A stretch of DNA of 64,000 bases, taken from contig CAJINV010000001.1 in assembly GCA_905178155.1 (NCBI GenBank), forward strand, positions 4,078,421-4,142,420, in the 5' to 3' direction. Positions 1 through 12,600 of the stretch are shown one piece after another; position 1 is the first letter of the stretch; each line of letters begins with the position of its first letter. Made by a program: the position numbers and the translations under genes. The notes below the pieces were generated by a model. That model did no database searches. It had not been told where the DNA came from and saw only the letters and a list, made by a program, of their open reading frames with translations. Source of the stretch: Amoebophrya sp. A120. Lineage: Eukaryota > Protista > Dinoflagellata.

Positions 1-726
1 GTCACTTCAACAATTTGCGTTCTTGTTGTTGTTCGGCTTGGGTTTGCAACGTGTCACGCAGCTTGTGTTGAAGTGGCTACTTCAACTTCGCGGAGAGTTG
101 AGGTAGCCATTTGAATAGCAAGCGCATGACAAATTGCCACAATAGTGACAATTTATTGAAATTGAACAAAAATTGCGAAAGTTCGGGCCCAGAGGGGCCG
201 TGGGTCTTGGTCTTGCTTTTCGTTTATCGGTCGCCGCGCCGCCGTGTCCTGCAGAACGTTACTCAATAGGCATAGCCATTATTTAGCCATGACGGCGTGG
301 CACGGGAGTAAAGACCTTGGAACTAATGCGGGCAGGGTGCCTAACCCGCGGGGGAGAAAACAGTCCAAAGCCCGGGGCGGTTGGATGTGGATCAGGGGCA
401 AACTTTGTGTATGTGCTGGAAATTTATTGTTGAAATATTTTTGAAAAGCTTTGCGCGGTCCGTTTGTAGGGTAGCTTTGCCTCTGCCATCGCGTCGCCTT
501 ATAGCTTTGTCTTTTGTCGCCGCATTCCCGACATCGCACTACCATGGAGATTGAGTATATTCCGCATGGAAAACTCGCGCAAATTGTTAAAGAGCACCAT
601 ACCGCCGCGATTGGGGTTTTTATGATTTTTCGGTTTTCGGTTTGCGGTCTTATATAGCAAAATCCCCTCCCTGGTCCTCCCTACCCTGGGACCCGGGATT
701 CTATAAACTCTTCTGTAATATGTCAG

Positions 727-1154
727 ATGGAGCGCTTGTACACCGAGGGCGATACGGTATACGGCGAAATGTCGCAAGACGTGAAGAAACTCGCAACGCG
801 GAACGTGCATATGCATTGCAAAAGTTGTAAAGTATCGCACTTCATTGCAAGCATGCATTGCAAATCCCCCTTTTAAGGGAAGTCCGCATTGCAAATTTTA
901 TTTCTCATGCTGAGAAAATAAAAATTTGTATTGCGATCTCTACTAGTGCGATAGCGATGCTTTTGCAGTGCATAGTGCAAGAGGAGGAGCAGTTCCAGTC
1001 CTTCGTGCTCGACGAGCTGAAGATGGTCAGGAAAGGTGTTGCCTTGGAGGAGCGCGCGCGGAAGAAAACGGATGACGAGATTGTCGCGGCGATCAATGTG
1101 TATACCAACGCCCTGCAGAACGGGCTCAGGTCGGCGAACCTGGCGAGGTCATAG
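727..1154 (+). CDS. SF-assemblin/beta-giardin family protein, 3' part (exons 727-809, 980-1154; upstream exons not resolved)
   Basis: C-terminus EERARKKTDDEIVAAINVYTNALQNGLR resembles the SF-assemblin C-terminal motif. AG acceptor at 725-726. Removing 810-979 joins RNVQ|EEEQF in frame. Confidence 0.7.
810..974. mobile_element. TIR introner element (family A) acting as a non-canonical intron
   Basis: TATGCATTGCAAAAG...CTTTTGCAGTGCATA TIR (15 bp, 1 mismatch). TSD GTGCA at 805-809 and 975-979. Confidence 0.9.
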
Positions 1155-1712
1155 CGGGGAAGATTGTGATGTCATCTGCTTTTGTTGCCTTCAACGTAAG
1201 TAAGTACCTACTTGGGCCTTCATCTTGGATGGTTTTGGTTGACACATAATTCCAAGAACGACGAGCGCGAGGTCCTCGTAGGTGAGCTCAAGAAAGAAAA
1301 ATCGCGAGGGCGAGGAAGATACCCACGCCCATATTTCTGGTGCTGCGCGACAGCACCGTTGGTCAGAGGACGAAGCATGATCGCAATTGAAGGAGCGTTG
1401 CATGATCTTGATCTTCACCCGTGCCGCCGTCTAGCTCTAGCTACGTGTTCCATACCGCCGCTGTCTAGCTTATGCTGCTTGAGCTTGATGAGAGTCACGA
1501 GTGGCCACTTGTTTCGAGTGAATACTTAGACATTGGCCAGCGAGGGCCAGAGCTCTCATGGGGGAAATTACTCTGTTGAGAGAATATTAATGCTCTTCTT
1601 CTCATCCCGATCCCGTGTCTATGTGCGTGCCGTTGCGTTTTTGAATGCCAGTGCCTTCATTACGTCGATCATTAATTCTGGCGCAGAGAACTGGACCACA
1701 ACCACTACTGTA

Positions 1713-2221
1713 AGAGAATAGTACTGAGTCGGACAGCAGCAGCGGCAATCAATTTAGTAAGGCTTGGAGGTGTCCTCGAGCAGATTGATGAGCATGCTCC
1801 CGACATCAACACGGCTCTCCGGTCGTCGAAGGCCGCGGGCCCGCCTTGCAATTCTCTAACGGGTGGAACTACTCCCGCGCCAGCCGCGGTTGAAGTCTGG
1901 CAACAAGTAGAACGGCATCGGGTGACGCTTGAAGTGACAGCCCCGATGATGGGGGGCTGGTCGAAAACGGGCACGGTGCTGGGCCGCGCTATTGTGGCTA
2001 TCCTGTGGGTGCAAAAGTATTGCACTCGTGAGACGAGCTGCAGTGTTTGCATGTCGATTCTTTATATTTGCTTTTCGTTTTCCCACCTGATTCGGCATGA
2101 CAAATTGGACGCTATCGCTCCTTCTGACAAAATTTGTGATAATGCATCTCCTTCCTGTGCGATCATACTTTTGCAATGCATAGCAAAGGAAGCGGACCTG
2201 CGACAAACGCTTTTATGTTAG
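1713..2221 (+). other. Possible exon(s) of an unidentified or decayed gene
   Basis: Stop-free coding-like frame 1713-1998 (RIVLSRTAAAAINLVRLGGVLEQIDEH...GRAIVA), interrupted by a family-A element. No recognisable homology. Confidence 0.3.
1999..2182 (-). mobile_element. Family A introner-like element in reverse orientation, degenerate
   Basis: Ends TATCCTGTG(GGTG)CAAAAGTAT...ATACTTTTGCAATGCATA match the reverse complement of the ends of 23944-24103 and 58440-58589. TSD is not preserved (GTGGC vs GCAAA). Confidence 0.7.
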
Positions 2222-5200
2222 CCCTAGCGCAGTGCTAGTTGGTGGCATCGCCATCCTGCCAGATGTCGCCCAACTAGAAGGCAGGCCCGCGGCGCAGTTT
2301 CCAGGCGCGCGCAGTTCCTGGCGGTCTGTTTGCGTTGGGGGGTGATCAAACCACCGAAGAAGAAGAACCGAGGCGGCGCTGTTTGCGTTCGCCCGGCGCG
2401 TTTCCTCGTATGGTCATCAGCGCCGACGGGAAATTCCTGTCGCGCCCGCACGGGCCGAGCATGCTCCGCGCTATCCAAGTGCTTCGGCTGTCGCGGCCCG
2501 CCGCGGCGCCCGCCGGGCCGCCCGGCGCCTTCCGATGGCCTATGACAGCAAGCTAGGCGCCCGGGCCCGGCGCGCCCCGCCCCCGGCGCGCCCCGCCCCC
2601 GGCGCCTCCCGTGGCCGGCTGCCTGCGCAAGCCAGCCCAGGCACGCTATTGCATGGGGCCCCTGCCAATCTCTTGGCTGCCCTGCCGCGTTGTGGCGGGC
2701 CCCCTTCGCCCTTCTTGTTTTTGGCAGCGGAGGTGCCAGCGGTCTGCAGAAATGGTTTGAACTGTGGAGCGCCCGCCCGGAATATGGGTAGGGCGCGTCT
2801 TCTCGCCGTTGAGGATGCCGCCGCGCGCCAGTCCGGTGGCCCTCGGATTCATGCTTTCAGATTCAAGAGGGCACGGAAGCGACATGAGCCTTTTCTGGCT
2901 TCGTCAAGCAGTTTTGGCGTTGGTTTCTGAAACCAACTTCGCCATGTGATCCCGCCTCTGGGCGGTCACATGAAGGAGCTATGCTGGTGAGGCGATCAGG
3001 GCCATCCTCCAGCTCTGAGTGGTACTTCTGAGCAGCGGCAGCGCAGCTGCAAACGAGCGATTGTCGTGTGCTACCTGTTACAAGATAGAACTTTATTGGT
3101 AGTCGGGAGCGATGAGTTGTTATAGTGAAGGAAAGTCTAAGTCTTGGTCTTCGCTGTTCTCGAGCGTGGGCACCACAATGAAAATGAGGTCAGCTACTTT
3201 GCTGTTCAACGATTTGCAATTTTTTTCAATTTCGAATAAAGCAGAATATCAATATTTTGGCTCGAGTTCGTGCCGGCTCGACAGTAGAAATAACATGGGA
3301 AACGTTTCCGAGAAGATTTGGGTTCCCGAGGCCGACGAAGTTGCGGACCAACACTTTCAGGTACGCGGGACGCCGCGAGATTTTCTCACGGTGGCCTCGC
3401 TCAAGGAGTCCTTTCTCGTCGTCATCAACGATGTCAGTTTCCAATCGCACGTGCTGGCTGGCTTAACACAAGAGGACGCGGCAGCGCAGCACTACCCGGA
3501 AGGATGGACACCGATGAACGAAGGGTAGTAGTATACGAGCAGCTGTAGTTATCACAGGGATGTTGAAAAGAGCTAACGTATATCGGAACTTGTGATGCAG
3601 CAATGCATCACAAAACGTGCCACAATTTGTCATGCATATGATTATGATGTATATTGCGTTACATTTGTCGTGATGCATGACTACACCACCCTAACATCGC
3701 TTCAGATTCACAATACTGCGGAAGGAGTCGGGATTTCCGGAGTACAAAATTGTTGACGTAGCGAAAAAGGACGAAAACGCGCTGCGCTACCGAGTTATCA
3801 TGCAAAGGGAAAAAGACCCGCACACGAGAGAAGAAGCGTTCATTCTCACTGTGACCCACGAATTTTACCTTGAGTACCAGCCGGACACACACATGAGCAA
3901 GGTATTGAATAAAAATAACATAGTTGTAGTAGTACTTTTTTAGCTTGCATTAGAGGACGTTCTAATATATTTTCTTCGAACTACACGACCACGCGCACGC
4001 CAGGTCAACCGCAAAATTATCAACTTCAAGACAAGTGACGAGACGAATATCGGTAAGTGGACACCGTCGTTTCATATAATCAAGTGGGGCATTTCGCGAG
4101 ACGAAAACGCACAGTGGGCGCAGATGATGCGCATTCACGACGAAAAGAAGAAGCTCCTCCTCGGCGGCACTGATGCCGACGGCAACGAGCCAGCAACTAG
4201 CGGCGAAGCGGATGCAATGATCAATCGGATGGCGGCGGGAATTCCGGAAATCGGGACCGCCGGCGCAGGTGGGAACGTTATCGCGCCGACGCAGGTGGGA
4301 AATGCGGTGGCTTCACCCTTGTAGTTTGGAGATATTTATTTTTTACCGAATTCGTTCAGCGGAGGGATGCCTGCTGCTGCGAATAATTTGCTTGTTGTGC
4401 TAGTATTCCTATTGCGACATGCCATGAACACGACTTCGACTTGATTGTCGTGTCATAAAAAAAGACCCAAGGGACTGCAATTCACGTTGCGGTTGCAGCA
4501 CGACTGGCTATTTGATATGTTTTGCGCCCTTGATATGAAAATTAAAATTATGTACATGGTCAAGTTCAAGCAGGAGGCTAAACAACAAACACCTCAACTT
4601 TCAGGAAACGTCTATTGCCAGCCTACCGGTCGTGTAGAGGACATTCATATACGCCCTATTGAATGTTGCCCGTTTGAAATGACTACTTCGCAAACGCAAA
4701 GATTTGAGATTTCAGTGAAAAAACTTTTGTAAATCGACGACGCTTAGTGCCAAGCCGATCACAGGACGGAGAGACTGTCGCAAATAGCCGCAGTCTTTCG
4801 TGAGCTTCTACTTTAGTCAAAATGTAGCAGCATGCCGCTACGTACTCGAGTGTTCAAAGAGAATGACCTGCTTCTTCATCGCTTCCACACTAGTTGTAAA
4901 GAACGAATGCTCTATCATATTTTTTGCAACGCAGATTTGTCACGAAAAGCAGATCGACCTCGACCTCCTCATAAAAAGGCACAACAAGTTTTGTCATGCG
5001 TGCCTGGTAATGTGAATTTCAATGTGCTGCGGCAAAACAGAAAAAAAAGGAACAAAAAGATTCAAATTACATCGTAAGTGTAGGAGATTTAGAAGGAAAA
5101 AAATGGCCAAAAGTGACCCACTCTGAACCGCAAGGGCACCAAAAAATAGATGTAAGTACAACGGATTGCCTTCCTTTAAGTTTAGAGCTTCAGCTCCACT

Positions 5201-6600
5201 CGCGCACTTGAAAAGCCTTATGTTATTCACGCAACTATTTATTTGTATTTCCATCGTCCAAATATTTTTTCTAATTTCACAGACGACACAAACAGGGTGA
5301 GGAATTTAGTTGTTTCAATAGTAGTTGTTCAATCACCTGGCGCAATACCAGTGCCACCATGTAGCAGTGAGCAAAGATTCACTTCGTGTCGCTTTCCGCA
5401 CAATAAAAGCGTCGCGGTCGCGCACTACTTGACTATCCGGCTCTTTTTAGCGGAGAAATTTTTAAAGTAGATTGTCCATGTTGAAGAAGTTTACAGAACA
5501 AGTAAACCTATCGCAATTTCCCTAAGTAAAACTTTTTAGCTCAAGTTCATCATCTGCCCAGTTTTAGTAGATTTAGTGTCCTGATAAACGCCGGCACGCC
5601 TCGCGCAATATGATGTAAAACAGACTCTTTCCATCGCATTCGCAGGCTGTAAGAATATAAAGTAACAAATTGATGGAACAAAGTAATGACGGTACGACGC
5701 TGATACGGAGTACCGAGTTTGTGACATTCGGCTCACCAGTATTTATCTTCGCAGCTCGTCCGCGGCCGGCCGCTGAGGAAAAATCCGAATCCTCGCAGCG
5801 CGCAATGCTGGGGCCACAGGTGGTCGAGCATCAACACTTTCTCGAACCCTGACCGAGAAGAAAGTTTCAGGATAAGGCGACGAGGACTAAGCCTGAACTC
5901 ATCTTCGCCTAAGATCGACCACGGAGCCGACTCCATTGGAACTCGGGTCGTGGAACAAAAGAGACGAACGGTAGTTCGTCGCTGGGCTGGAGGAGCTGTG
6001 CTTCTGGTGGTCGTGGACCACGAAGGAGCACATTACATCAACTCACTGGTTGTGATTGACGAAGTTTACAACTGAATCTGAGACAGCTTCATCAACAGGA
6101 CAACAATTCCAATTCGCGACGACGTGGAGAGGACAGCCAGTTTATGTTTATTTGAAGTGAGTCGGAAAAAACAGTTTGGCGCCCAACCCGAAATAGCAAC
6201 AGGAAGAAGCAGAGCCGTGGCGATTCTTTGCCCCTAAAGATTTCGGAAACATCACGACCGGAAACCGGAAAGACAAAGAGGCTACTTGTACTTGTTACAA
6301 GAAACCACAGCTTGCAGCAAAGTAGTTGCTGTCGGCCGTAGCCGACTTACTTTCTCGTCCTCGCGCAGCTTCGTTTGTGGCGCTGTAGTGCTCGCAGATC
6401 GTGCGCAGCTCTGCCCGCTTCTCATCTTCATCTGAGCAACATCTTCATACACACGACCTCAGCGAAGAAGAACACAAGGAAGCGTGCTACTCCTGCTCAA
6501 GTGAACAAAGACAGGAACAACTTGAACTGAAAGTGATCTTCACCTACAGGCACCACAACTTAATCTAGTTCCTGTTTGTTCCCAGCTCGCTGCAGGTACC

Positions 6601-9600
6601 ATGCAGCCCCACGACACTAGTGATGAGGAGCTCTACGGCCCAAACCGAGGCGAAGCGGCGCCGGCCCTGGCGGGAGAGCGCACGTTCGCAAAATTCCAGC
6701 AAGCTTGCCCAGGCCTCATGGAGCACGAAAACGAATTCTACATCGATAACGTCGGTGGTTTCCTCGAGGGTGACAAGATCCGATCAGACCCCTTTGTAAT
6801 AGGGAACTTCAGGTACAACTATCAATATGAATATCATTTGTGCGAAGATCTTCATGCCACGCGTTTTTGAGAGTGTGCACAACGTTGGCAGCTGCATTTT
6901 TTTTCGTTTTCCATATTTATAAATATAAAGTACTTTGCCTCACGAGGACAACAAGCGAACCATGTCTAAGGAACTTCGATCTAAACCATCCCGACAGGTA
7001 TCGCGTCCTCGTTTTCCCGTTTGGCACACGAAACCAGGGTAGTCGACAGCCGCCAACACTTGCCGCCTTCGTGGAGGCGGACCCGCTGCCGCAGATAGAC
7101 CAGGAGAGATGGATGTTTCACAATGTCAAATACGCCCTGACACTCGTCAATCACCATGACTACACGCAGTCCGTCCACAAGAGCGACTCCTGGTCTTTTT
7201 GCAAGCGTGAGATCGACCGCGGATGGCACAGCTTCATCAGCGTAAAGGACATGCTGGACGGGAGCAAGGGCTGGATAAACAATGAGACGGAGAAGAAGGT
7301 AGTTTATGTCTCCTGTGTTGTGTTTTTATACCCGCGGCCTTTTTTTCCATTTCTTTTTCATCTTCTTGTGAGTGGCCGGGCCTTGCTTGATCCATTCTCC
7401 ATTCTCCATTCATCTTCTTGTGTTGATACATATCCGACGCGGGCACCACAACGTCAATACACGCATGTGGAGCTGCGATGGGTAGTTTCGTGAATGAAAG
7501 CAGAAGTATGCACCCGCTTACGCTTTTCAAAAAAAGGGAATCTTGTAAGTATATCTACTTTACTCTCGACTCGAAACTCCAGATCACCTTTCGCGTCCAG
7601 TGCTACGTGCGCAATAGTGAGTCCCTGATCAACATCGGCGCCGACTATGACAGCAAGAAGGAAACGGGTTTTATCGGTTTGAAGAATCACGGGGCAACCT
7701 GCTACCTCAACTGCCTCCTGCAGACGCTTTACAACATCGGCAAGTTCCGAAAACTGGTGTACGAGGCAGACACCTCGGAAACGGCAGAAACCGACGCGCC
7801 AACGAGCGGCTCGGGAGGGGATAAGAAATCCAGCGCCAGCAGCAGTTCCACGGACCAGCGCGGCGGCATGCACGGACCCCCAAATTTACTGAAGGCCCTG
7901 CAGAACAGCTTCTACTCGTTGCAGACAAACCAGCAGGCGGGAAACTGCCGAGAGCTCATGCGCAGTTTCGGCTGGGAATCCGTCGATGCCTTCACGCAAC
8001 ACGACTACCAGGAATTAAATAGGATACTGCTAGACAAGGTATACATAACTTCTTCGACAAATCAGAATTCGCGTGCTGGTTGTTCTTGGATACCTTACCT
8101 TGTTTGCGCAAGCACCTTCTACGAGAGCTTGATGTAGTTGATGATTTTTGTTTGCCCTCGTGTTATTTCCAGGTAGAAGAAAGGTTGAAAGGCACGAAAC
8201 TTGACGGCGAGCTGAAGCGCATGTTTGCTGGTGAACAGGAAAGCTACATCGAGTGCACGAACGTCAACTACGCCTCGAAGAAGCTGGAGCCCTTTTACGA
8301 CATAAATCTCAATCTAAAAACCGACGATGGCTCGTATAAAGTTTTCATTTCGTTTACTCTATCTTGCATCTGACAGACACAAAAAAGGCTGTGGCTGAGT
8401 TTGTGATTCGGAATAGTACTTACTAGAGCGATACGAATAGAGTTCGTTGGTTCATGTTCGGACACCACACGATCACGACCAAATTCACTGTAGGTGGGTG
8501 AACAACCTGGAGGACGCGTTTCGCGACTATGTGAAAGAGGAAATGATGGAGGGCGAAAATGCCTACGACGCCAGCGACGGCGGTTTCGGGAAACAGCCCG
8601 CAAAGAAAGGCATTCGGTTTAAATCGTTGCCGATCGTCTTCAATCTCCTCCTGAAACGGTTTATCTTCGATCTGGAAACGCTGGACACGATCAAAACAAA
8701 TGACGAAATGCAGTTTCCCCGGAGGATAGACCTGTCGGAATACGTCCCCGGGGACCATGACCCTGCCGTGTACACCCTGTACGGCGTGACCGTGCAAACC
8801 GGCACCGTTTCCTCCGGCCACTACTACTGCTTTCTCCGCCCCTGGCAGGAGGACGGCACGGAAGCGGGGCAACTCTCGTGGATACGGTTCGATGACGAGC
8901 AAATCACGAAAGTCACCGAGTACGAAGACTATTTATTTTGGCTGAATATTTTCATCGTACTTTTATGCAACACCAATACAACGGGGCTGCAGGCTGCTGG
9001 AGGGGGCTCTACATGTCGTAATTACAGCAACAGCATACAACGTGCAGCACTCGGAAATAAACTAGCATGCTCAACAAGCTACAGTACTGGTGTACTAGGA
9101 AGTAGAAGGAACAAGAAAGCGGCACTGTACAGCACCAATTGCAATTATCAGGTATGCTGCGATGCAAGATAACTACGGCGGCGAAGATTTGGGCACGTTC
9201 AACCACTTTCAGCTGAGTCTCGAGCAACTGAAGGAGAAAAAACTTCCCGAGCGAAACGGCTGGCCGCAGAAGCAAATTCGCATGGCAAATGCGTACATAC
9301 TGGTCTACATTCGGGAGGACCACGTGGAGGACATGTTGAAGCCCCCGAAGCCAACAGCCGCGCTCCGGGAACGCATAGAAAGAGAGCAGGAAGAGAAGCA
9401 AAAAGCGCGCTACAACGAGCAAACAAAGGTAGAAGTTCTTTGGAGTCTTCCTCTTCTGATAAAAATCTTCTGAATGTTTTCTTGCCACTTGTTGTTGAGT
9501 TGTTCCACGTCACTTTTTAAGAGATCGCGAGCAGTATTTTGAGTGCATTGGTGGCGATGATCTTCATGTCTGCGTGTTACATTGTAGATGCTGCGAACTT

Positions 9601-12600
9601 GTTTTGATCCATTCATCTCGCTCCGGATGAAGATGACGTGAACTCTCACGCTCAGCTTTGACCAAGAAGAAGAAGAAGAAGAAGAAGAATTTCCTTTTTT
9701 TTTGAACGCCTAAAAAAAAAAGGACAAGAAGAACCGCACCAAAATTATATTTCAGGTTCTCATCTCAACTGTGTTGGAGAAGGACCTCCTGGCGAAGCAG
9801 CCGTGCGGTTTCTGGGACAGCATGGAGGGCACCGTCCCCCTCACAATCCGACCACAGGAGTTCCCCAAGGAGGAACAAAACGTAAAAATCTGGGAGCAAA
9901 TGCAAGTGTCGCTGCAGGGTCAGGACATGTGGCCAAAACCGCAGGGCGGCGAGGAACAAGTGCCTCCACAGGGCCAACCAGACATCCGCAACTTCGCAAT
10001 GTTCGTTCTCCGGCGCCGCACCAACCGACAAATCCGCTTCTCGAACATATCACACACGGAAGCACTCAAAAGTATATTTTCATCCTTAAAAGTTGTATCA
10101 ATGTCTACTACACTGAAGCATGTTGAGCATTTTCTTTGTCGCTGCGCCTTCTGGCCTCGTAGTACTTCTCGTAGTGTCCTCTCCTCCTGCCGCTCGTGCT
10201 CGCAGATGATGGTGTAGCTTTTGATGTGCAGTGCTCCACTATAATCGTCGACAATTGTACTTAAGTATTCGGAACGTCACATAATTATAATGATTCTGAA
10301 GAATGCTCATAGTATTATCGCACTTCCACAGAAGCGACAATAGGGACCGAAACGCAGCAAGATCAGCAGGCGAACCGCATGTTTGGTGGCGACATTCCCG
10401 ACACTTCCGTTCCTCGCCTGACTGTCCTCGCGTTCCAGATGAACGGTTATGATCCTGATACCTTTTGCTGGAACCCCACGGAGTGGGGCATCGACGGGAA
10501 AAACACGCTCACACGAAAAAGCTTTTTTGAATGGAAAGAAGACTCCTTGTGCAAGGTCTTGGTCAAGTACTTCTGCCCGGTCACAAGGAACATAATGATG
10601 CTCGGCGTTGTATACGGCAAGATGACCGATCAGGTGCGTAGTGATCTTCATATCAACATCACCATTGTTCTTTCTCAAGGTTGACGCTACGGTTTATCTC
10701 CCACTTCCTGTCAACAGAACAATGCTTCATCATCTCCATCTCCATGTGCTAGCTATAGGAGCTTCTACTTCTGCATAACGTCAGCTTCGCCTCTTCCGCC
10801 TGATAGTACCTTAATGAGTTATTTTGTATCGGCAAGGGAATGTGGAAGAGGAACTACAGGTAGAAAACGCATTCCTATTTTTTCCAAACAAAACCTTTAC
10901 CAAAACAGATACACAAGCTCGAAAATTGGGTAATAAAACGACAAAAAGCGACCGCTGAGAAGTACCCGGACCTGTGTCGACCTGCGCCCGCGAACTGCAA
11001 GTGGCTCTGCTTCGAAGAATTCTCTAACGTGGAAATCAAGCCCGTCAGCTTGAACGAAAGTATTATACAACCTGAATTTTTGTAGTATTGCCCGAGTTCT
11101 AATGCTTATGCTTGTAGACGTACAACTACAACATGGACTAAAGATTCAGAGCGGAAATAAGAACGCTCGTTCTGCTCACAGAACCATGAAATTGATATTG
11201 AAAGTGAAAGATGAAAATTCATACTTTTTTCGCAGCATGTCATCAATTATGTATACCACAGCCTTCAAGCAGGCGGATCTATACACGGGCGACATCATAA
11301 TTTGGCAACCCGAGGTAACGGAGCCGCAAGAGGTTCCCGTTGGTGAGTTGCCCTGCGACACCGTCAAGGCTTTAGCGGAGAACATAGCAAATAAAATGAC
11401 GGTATTGATGAAAAATTTGTTGAAGTGCTGGCGACTTTCTCCGCATCGACGACTCTTGATCTTCGGTAGTTGTTGATCCCGATCGGATCTTCTCAAAAAG
11501 GTGAAAGGTGAAGCTGCAGGAGGACGATGAACCAATTATGCAACAAGAAAGACACAAGCTGCATTTCTTCGCGCGAGATGAAGATTTTTGTTTTTCGTCT
11601 TTATGGTTCGCTTGTTGAAGATGATCTACTCCGTTAAGAATTATATTTACCTTCTAAACTCTAACTCAGCTCCGCATTGTTCTTCATGACGCGGACGAGC
11701 TTTGGGCCATCGACGGCATTACCTCTGGCCCGAGCGTGTGGAACACCTTGAAGGGGGGCGCCGCGACCCCGAACAGCGACGCAGTGGATGCGAGCTTGCA
11801 GGAGGAGGGGAATGGGCAGGATGCGGACGGAGGAGCTGCAGGAGGACCCGCTGCGGCCTCGTCGCGCAGCCACGAGTTCACCATGGATACGCGACAAACG
11901 GTCTCCGCGTGCCTGCAAAAAATCGCAGACCACTTTGGTATCGAGAACGTCGAAAACCTGTGGATCTTCCGGCACCCGCCCTCCGGCTACGGAGAGGAGC
12001 CGCTCAGTCCGCAGAGGAAGGTATCATAAGGAAAAACGTCCCCACCCCAGAGTTGTCATGCAGATTTGCATTGACGAGGACATTTGTGATGCGCACACCC
12101 ACGGTAGCCATTTCCAATCGTGTTTTTGGAATTTGTGATGCTGTGAACAGGATAAGCATATGGATCTGTGATGCGGCTGCACTTGCTAACCTGCACTACT
12201 ACACCATGGAATGCAACTTGTCATGCGTGACGTCCAGCAAGGCTCCTAGGTTTCTGTTGCAAAATCCCCATCTTGAATCTGGTGTGGGGACGTTTTTACT
12301 CAGGATAGAAGGAGGAGGACACGAACTGCACGCTGGCGCAGCTGCAGCTCCCGAGACAGATAACGCTCCACGCGGTGGTCGTCCCGGGCTTTCCGAAGAA
12401 GGTATGGCGGGAGCAGTGCGCGCACCTAATCGAGGACCACCACTTGGCGCGACAGAGCAACGAATACGTCGTCAATCCCGAGGGGAAGTCGTTATCGGTC
12501 GTGGTTAGGTATTTTGATGAGGCCGTTGTCGAGCGCGCGATGACAGTTTTGCAAAAAATGCCCTACAACATCACCGCAAAAGAAGCGACAATACTGGCAC

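Noticed and set aside
181-193. GTTCGGGCCCAGA resembling the left end of the 49078 element
   Set aside because: No matching right end or TSD was found downstream.
3550-3714. Additional introner (starts TATCAC, contains TTGTGATGC/TTGTCATGC)
   Set aside because: No convincing right TIR or TSD and no host frame to test. It may be a relic but is not supportable.
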